Positions 57,200 to 64,000 of a stretch of 64,000 nt of DNA are shown here, piece by piece (position 1 is the stretch's first letter; each line of letters begins with the position of its first letter). Origin of the DNA: the human T2T-CHM13v2.0 reference genome, Homo sapiens. The notes under the pieces are model-generated. The model had not been told where the DNA came from and searched no databases. It worked only from the letters and a program-made list of their open reading frames with translations. The stretch is from assembly GCF_009914755.1 (NCBI RefSeq), contig NC_060925.1; one strand, 5' to 3'. The position numbers and the translations under genes were made by a program.

Positions 57200-57950
57200 T
57201 CAGTAATGGTGTTGAGAGAAGTAAATGTCACACTTACTGGGGCAATTGAAGAAAATTTAATTAAGGGTTTATTTACCAAAAGCTAAGGGAAATAAGCAAG
57301 GCATGCTGTATCATTGGAGAGTTAGTGAGAGGTGAGATGTTACCCTCCCTAGGTCTGAAGATACAAAGAGGAAGTTGCTGGAATTGTGATGGTGAGCTAT
57401 GGTTATGCAAGGGAGCTACTGGGTAGGAGCTGTGGCCTTAGGCAGAGGTATGTGGGAAGCTGGGAGAATAAAAATCCTGAACTTGGCCAGCTGTGGTGGC
57501 TCAATCCTGTAATCCCAGCACTTTGGGAGGCCTACGCTGGTGGGTCACCTGAGGTCAGGAGTTCTAGACCAGCCTGGCCAACATGGTGAAACCCCGTCTC
57601 TACTAAAAATACAAAAATTAGCCGGGCGTGGTCGCAGGTGCCTGTAGTCCCAGCTACTCAGGGGGCCAAGGCAGGAGAATCGCTTGAACCCGGGAGGCGG
57701 AGGTTTCAGTGAGCCGAGATCACGCCATCGCACTCCAGCTTGGGGAACAAGAGCGAGACTTCGTCTCAAAAAAAAAAAAAAATCCTGAACTTATTCACCT
57801 CCTACATTAAATCTCCTACCTGTGCCTCTCATTGACTGACCCCAACCTGAAGCATAAAGGCAAAAGAGCGTAAGGAAGCATATGAAGTTACTCATCTGGG
57901 ACATAGAAAGGATGAAGAGTACATCAGAGGAGGAACACGGAAAATATCTT
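57200..57950 (-). mobile_element. Old ERVL LTR (LTR33-like) interrupted by AluS
   Basis: TTTAATTAAGGGTTTATTTACC...TGTTACCCTCCCTAGGTCTGAAG...AGGAGCTGTGGCCTT...TGCCTCTCATTGACTGACCCCAAC. Confidence 0.6.
57485..57782 (+). mobile_element. AluS (Sq/Sp-like) with perfect TSD
   Basis: Full dimer with AACAAGAGCGAGAC diagnostic. TSD AAAAATCCTGAACTT at 57470 and 57778. Confidence 0.96.
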
Positions 57951-59879
57951 GCAAAGTGAAGGGTAGCATATTACTAACGTGATTTTTATATTTTCCACTT
58001 TATTGCACATAATTAATTCCTTTTCCAGCTAAAAGCAGATTATTAAAGTAGAAAAGCAGGTAGAAATAGGCCCTCCTTCAACTGCTTATCTCTAGCCTGA
58101 CTTTGTTCAGTCCATGCAGATTGGACAATCTTGAGAGTCAAGCTTTGAGAACAGAAATTCTAAGGTTCTAAATTCCAAAAGTGAACTGCATGGCTCAAAA
58201 ATAAGTCTTAGATGTTGGAATATTGACTTCTGCCATTATTGGTAATTTAGAGAGGAGGGATTTTTTTTTTTTCTAATAAAGGCTGGCAGGAAAACAGAAA
58301 GAGAGAAACAGCAGCTCAGAAAGCATTCTTACTTGCTTTCCTCTTGCCTGTGCAGTTGAACCTTGAGGAAAGGCACTATGTGAATAACATCTAAATAGGT
58401 TTGTGGAAAATTCTCAGAGATTAGCAGAGGGAGAAGGGTGTACTTTTATACTTTTCAGAGCATAGACAGAGAATATTTTGTAAATCTTGTGGCGAAGAGC
58501 TGTATTTAGCATAGTATAGAGAGAAATGATAGTGCCCAGGTGGTTGCTGAAAAATGTGTGAGAAAAGTGTCCAGTTAGATCAGACAGAGAATATCCTCAA
58601 AGGGCCCTTCACATGTATGCATGGTTTACAGAGGGTGGCTGCAATTACTAAACTTCTCAAGGTGTGCACGAATCAGACGGGGTTGCGAGTGGAATCAGTG
58701 AGGAGACCAAAATCACAGGAAACTTATTACCAAACACTGCAGCAGAAACTGTGGAGCCCAGCATCAAACTCTAACAAAAATTAGATTCAACCAGTTGCAC
58801 TTCAAAATGCACTAGCATAAGATGTCCAGGGTCAAAACAATATTGACCAAATAATATCAGATTCTAGTGAAGGACACAAAGGGGAGCATCAAGGTATGAG
58901 CTCCATACTGCCTCTGTGAGGACGTGTGAGCCCTTCTCTATACTCGTAAGACATCATGACTAAGGAGGGGAAGTGGACAGAAAACACTACTTTCCCCTTG
59001 AACAACCTGAGTTAGATAGAAAATATATTTTTAAAAGAATATTCTAATATTCTAATTTCCTTTAGTTAGCAAGTTTAAAGTTCTACCTCCACTATCACCT
59101 TCCTTCCCTGGAAAAGGGTAGATAGATTTGGTATATATTTAGTAAGTAAAAATAATTTATTAGATTGGGATGATGGAAAAGATGGAGGTAAGATTTACAA
59201 CAAGCTTGACTGGGTGGATGGTGGAGCTGCCAAAAAGACAGAATGCAGAAGAAGTAGCATACATATATAGGCAGGTGATAAGTTCAAACACCAACATGCT
59301 GAGATTGACTGACTGCCTATCAGTCAGTCATCAAGAAAAGAAGATACAGATGATCAAGGTTTAAAGCAGAGGTCTGGGATGTGATTATAGACATGACAGT
59401 AGTTAAATAATGTATTATAATGAGTAGTTGCCATCAAAGACTAGTTATTTTGTGGCAAATCTCATGCTAAGCTCTTTGCAAATATTGTCCCATTTGATTC
59501 TCACTAATAAGATTGAAAAATTGATGTTCAGAAGGGTTTAACTTTTTACATAAAGTCAAACTGCTAGTAAATAGAATAGCTGAAGTTTACACTCGATTTT
59601 TTTTTTACTCCAAACTTAAGTTTTACATAATCCCCCCAGCTCAAAAAACTATGAAAGCATATATAAAGAATGAGGAAACAAATGGGCCAAGGGTAGATAT
59701 CTATGAAGCACCAGCATTTAAGGGGTGAGAAGAGTAATAGATATAAAACAAAAAAAAAATAACAAGAAAACATGACATTACAAACACCAAGAAAGTAGAC
59801 TGTTTCAAGTTGGAGGTCAGAATCAAGACTGTCCAATTCAACAAAGAGAAATTAGTGGGGACCAGCTGCAATCTATTGT

Positions 59880-60755
59880 AAGATTGAGATGGTGCATCCT
59901 AAAATGAACATGAGTACAAGAGGACATAAGCAACTTGCATGAGCAAGAAGCCCAGACCCCCATTTCACCTACCATAGGTGCATCAGTGCCCCACTCATCT
60001 CCCACCTGTGGCTGAAGGAGGAGGAAAACACCTGAGCTTGGTTGATGGATGGATGATTGCTATGTGGATTAAAACCAAAAATGAAACGTTAGCTGCACTA
60101 CAGCTCCACTTGGGGATGCTTTCAGAGACAATGGCAAGAACGTCTGCTGAATAGACTGAGCTTTAGGTGATGCACCTGAACATCTGCTGTGGGGAAAGAA
60201 AAGTTATCAGGCCATTCACCACTGCCAATTAGTTCATATATAATATATTCCAACGAATACATGTGGACTAATATATTCCAAGGAATATATATGGACTAAT
60301 CAGCAGTGGTGAATGGCCTGATGAACTGGTCAATAACCTGAAAGAAGAAAAACTGGAAGATCAAAACAAGGAGAATCAAAGTAGAAGCATATGGATGGCC
60401 ATATGAGAGTGGACACAAGTGTGAAGATCATTGCATCATTATGTTAACTCGCACTAGAAAGCATCCACCATGGAAGAAGCTCTAAACAACTAAGTAGACA
60501 AAACAATCTGGCTTGCTGTGTTAGACAGTTTTTCAGCAGCCACCCCAGAGCTGGTATGATGGGCAAACAGATGAAGAAGCCATGATGGCAAAGATGAGAC
60601 TCTGCATGAAATCAACAGCATGGACTCCCACTCACAAAGGCCAATTTAGTTATAGCTGCCTCTAACCCTGCAGCAAAAGAGACCAATGTTGAGACATCAG
60701 AATGTCACTATTCCTCAAAGAAACCAACCAACAACGTGATGGCAAGATGGCATCA
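59880..60755 (+). mobile_element. ERVL (class III) internal pol remnant: RNase H and integrase N-terminus, heavily decayed
   Basis: Decayed codons line up with recalled ERVL pol motifs AAALQP, AV-NGL, KNWKI, ASTMEEALNN-VDK, QQHGLPLTKA and CQQ-RPML. Confidence 0.8.
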
Positions 60756-60849
60756 AAATAATAGACTGTTTTAACCAATAAGTCAGGCTCAAGCTTGTCA
60801 AATTCAGAGGGCCAGAAGGAAAATACGTCTATCATATATGTATATTTCC

Positions 60850-61200
60850 ACAGAAGCAAACTCTGGTTACTAGGAGCTAGTGGGTGGATGGTCGTGGGGA
60901 GTGGGATGAGGGATTAGAGAGATATTAGTCAAACGTTATAAAATTTTAGTTAGGAGGTATAAGTTCAAGGACTCTATTGTACAACATGTTGACTGTAGTT
61001 AGTAACAACGTAGTGTGTGCTTGAAAGTTGCTAAGAGAGTAGATTACAAGTGTTCTCACCATAAGAAAATAAATATGCAAGGTAATGCCTAGGATTTTAT
61101 CCCAAATTTAACTACTCCACAATGTATACATATATCAAAACATCACATTGTACACCTTAAGCATATATAATTTTCACTTGTTGATTAAGTTAATTAATTA
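60850..61200 (+). mobile_element. L1MA-like 3' end
   Basis: AGTTAGGAGGTATAAGTTCAAG...CTATTGTACAACATG...TTGCTAAGAGAGTAGATT...CACAATGTATACATATATCAAAACATCACATTGTACACC. Confidence 0.88.
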
Positions 61201-61204
61201 AAAT

Positions 61205-61570
61205 GGAGAAACAGTTATTGGCTCTCAGGAGTTTGATTAACTGACAGCTTCCACCTCTGATCTCCTTTAGAATCTTCTTCAGCTTTTGAGGTGAGGTCAT
61301 GGTATTTGTGGGGTGACCAAGCCAATGACCAAGCAAGTTGGCAGTTCAGGGCTTAGCCATTTCTGCCCAAAGCAGCACACTGTAATGGTCAATCTTTGCT
61401 CCAAGTCTCTTTTTTGATCTAGCAGAGGCATTTGTTAGGTTTGCATTGTGCTGTGATGGCTCTCCCACCCAATCCTGCCTCCTTTTTTCTTTTCCAAGTT
61501 TCACCTCCCCATAAATCTTTTTTTACTTCTAGCTCCATCTCAGTGTCTGCTTTCCAGAGAACCCAAAAGT
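61205..61570 (+). mobile_element. ERVL LTR (LTR16-like), possibly the 3' LTR of the upstream pol remnant
   Basis: AACTGACAGCTTCCACC...GCCATTTCTGCCCAA...CCCAATCCTGCCTCC...CCATCTCAGTGTCTGCTTTCCAGAGAACCCAA. Confidence 0.7.
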
Positions 61571-63194
61571 TAAGAAGGACAGTGGGCTTTCTTCTGTTTC
61601 CTACCTCTATGTTTAAAAACCCATTAGAGGTTTGGCTGAAGGCCGACCACACTCTCTGACATTCTCCCTTCTCCTCATGACTGGCTTTGTCAGGCAGGTT
61701 GATAATCTTCCTGGGTAAACAGACTCAGAGTGCACTGTGGATATCTAGCTCATGGCAAGATAAGTCCCAAGGTCTAAATTGGGGAAGTGGCAGGAAACTA
61801 CTTAGTCCAAGTAGTAACCCTAACTTGGAAAACAAAGGTCCCACCTTTGTTTTCCAAGTTAGGGTTACTGGGGAACCCTATCTTTTGGGAGTTATTGGGT
61901 ACTAACTACCGTTTTTAGAGCTGATACTTTGATCTTCATTTGTTCTGTATTTATTATCAATTGAATATAGGGACAGAGAGGATGAAGTAATTGACATTAC
62001 AAGCCTCAAGCAACACACTTGAATAAAATACTTTTCTCAGCTCTTCTGTGGTATGCTATATCTTAGGGACTTTAAATGAGCTTGGAGGGAGGTTGTGATC
62101 AAAAATCCTTGTAATATCTAAGAGCAGTTAACTTTGTCTCTCTAGTGAGAGGTGTCTCGTCACAATTGCATGCTTAGCAATTGTGCTTGGGACTCTTTAG
62201 TGTTTTTGTTATCTTTCTGCCTATTTTCCTCTTTTAAAACTGTTGGAAGAAACTCCCAGTTGGAGAAAGTATTTACATGATGTTTCTTAGTTTTCCTTTC
62301 TTCCCAGAAGGTAAGAAACAATAGTCTTTTACTTTTATATTTATTATCTGTTGGAAAGAAAAGTTTGCCCTCTTTGTATCACTTTCCAGTTATTGTGAAA
62401 CTTTATTATACTGTCTCTAAAGTACTCATATATGATCTAAAATGAAATAGTTTAAACACACTTAAAAATTATTTTTGAGCACAGATTTAAAGTGATTTCA
62501 TCACCATATGGAAACTTGTGAAAGGGTATTTGGAAGTCCAAGTAGACGCATTGATTCATTTACCCCCCAACAAAGACCTCAATTATCCATATGCTCAATT
62601 CACCAAATGCAAAACTTATTTTCCCTCTATTCCGTTCATGTTCTCTCTCCACAGTCAGCACCAAATTCCAGTTGGCTCCTCTGAAACATATGGTATGGGG
62701 GTGGGTTGGGGTGTGGGATGAGGGTGGGGGTTATGGCAAGGATGGGGAGAATGAGCTTTTTAATGCTTTTGCATTCCAGTTATCTGAAGAGTTTCTGCTT
62801 GGACACCTTTCAGCATAAAAAACTTCCTCTTAACATCTGTATCCAAAAAATAGAGAAAATATTCTAAAGTTGGAGAATGGGAGAAGCCCACTACAGAATA
62901 TATATAGATGAAATAAAATGAAAGCTGAGTAATTTGAATGAGTCTTACTACTCTAGAATTTGATGAACAAATAAACTAAATATTTGCCTCATTTTTTCTT
63001 GATAAAAACAAGCACAGGCTAGATGAAAGAAAGCTAGTGTGGGGGGGAATTATGCACTACAATCAGTTGCTACTCATTGTTTTGACTTTATAAATCTTAT
63101 TTTCAAAGCAATATTGGTTTACTAGCAGAGTACAGCAGAAATCAATCATTTCTTGTCTAACTTCTTAATTTTAGTTTTATAAGTTTCTCTTTTA

Positions 63195-63383
63195 TCAACC
63201 TTTTTATTGAACTATAACATACATATAGACAAGTGTACTGTAGCATACATATAGAAACATATAGAAACAGGTATCCATCAGAGAATTTTCACAAAGTGAA
63301 CATTGCCAAAAGTTCAGTCATGACTATTTCAGTCACAATCTTCCTCTCCTAAGGGTAACTCCTGTTCTGATTTCTAACACCAT
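63195..63383 (-). mobile_element. Old L1M 3' end
   Basis: TTTTTATTGAACTATAACATACATATAG...AATTTTCACAAAGTGAACA...GGGTAACTCCTGTTCTGATTTCTAACACCAT. Confidence 0.7.
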
Positions 63384-63667
63384 TACTATAGACTAAATGC
63401 ACGTAGACCCCCAAAAAACATTTGTGGAAGCAAATCCCCATTATGGTGATATTAGGAAGTAGGGCCTTTGGGAGTTTATTAGGTCTTAAGGGTGGGACCC
63501 TCATAAGTGGAATTCATGTCCTTATAGAAGAGACTCTAGAAAGCTGTCTTGTCTCTTCTGCCATGTGAGGGTACAGAGGGTAGGCAGCTGTCTATGAACC
63601 GGAAACTGGCCTTCACCAGACAATGAATCTAATGGCACCCGGATCTTGAACTTCCCAGCTTCTAGAA
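63384..63667 (+). mobile_element. MaLR LTR (MLT1A-like), 5' part
   Basis: TAGGAAGTAGGGCCTTTGGGAG...GCCATGTGAGG...CCTTCACCAGAC...GATCTTGAACTTCCCAGCTTCTAGAA. Confidence 0.85.
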
Positions 63668-63877
63668 CAAGCTTGTCCAACCCTTGGCCTGCAGTCCACA
63701 TGTGGTCCAGTATGGCTTTGAAACACACATTTGTAAACTTTCTTAAAGCATTATGACTTTTTTTTTGCAATTAAAAAAAAACTCATCAGCTATTGTTAGT
63801 TTTAGTGTATTTTATGTGTGGCCCAAGACAATTCTTCTTCCAATGTGGCCCAGGGAAGCCAAAAGATTGAACACCCC
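63668..63877 (-). mobile_element. MER30 hAT-Charlie MITE
   Basis: CAAGCTTGTCCAACCC...GGCCCAAGACAATTCTTCTTCCAATGTGGCCCAGGGAAGCCAAAAGATTGAACACCCC, preceded by the hAT-type 8-bp target TTCTAGAA. Confidence 0.93.
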
Positions 63878-64000
63878 GGGATGGTTCCAACATGGCTTAA
63901 TAGGAACAGCTCCAGTCTACAGCTCCCAGGGTGAGCGATGCAGAAGATGGGTGATTTCTGCATTTCCAACTGAGCTTGGAAGAGAGTAGTGGTTCTCCCA
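63878..64000 (+). mobile_element. L1PA 5' end with a spliced 5'UTR (SpIRE97/622-type)
   Basis: GGGATGGTTCCAACATGGC...GGAACAGCTCCAGTCTACAGCTCCCAG...CATTTCCAACTGAG (97 nt) is joined directly to CTTGGAAGAGAGTAGTGGTTCTCCCA. Confidence 0.92.

Overview
This is primate (great-ape, most likely human) intronic or intergenic DNA. It is CpG-depleted, AT-rich and dominated by interspersed repeats: L1PA/L1M, Alu J/S/Y, MIR, L2, MaLR and ERVL LTRs, an ERVL pol remnant, and MER5/MER30/MER47 DNA transposons. It also has a ~1.6 kb AT-rich minisatellite. I found no credible host protein-coding exon, RNA gene or CpG island; the only real protein homology in the ORF track is disabled L1 ORF2. I could not identify the locus, and I see no evidence of a new multi-gene system. 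The best observations are structural. (1) A spliced L1 5'UTR junction (SpIRE97/622 type) tops a four-layer transposon nest at the right edge. (2) A 36-bp-stem hairpin appears to have been made by template switching inside a dead ERVL RNase H. (3) An old L1 has a twin-priming-type inversion. (4) There are several locally templated direct and inverted duplications. (5) The VNTR has palindromic units. Repeat subfamily names come from recalled consensus sequences, and the boundaries of old repeats are approximate.
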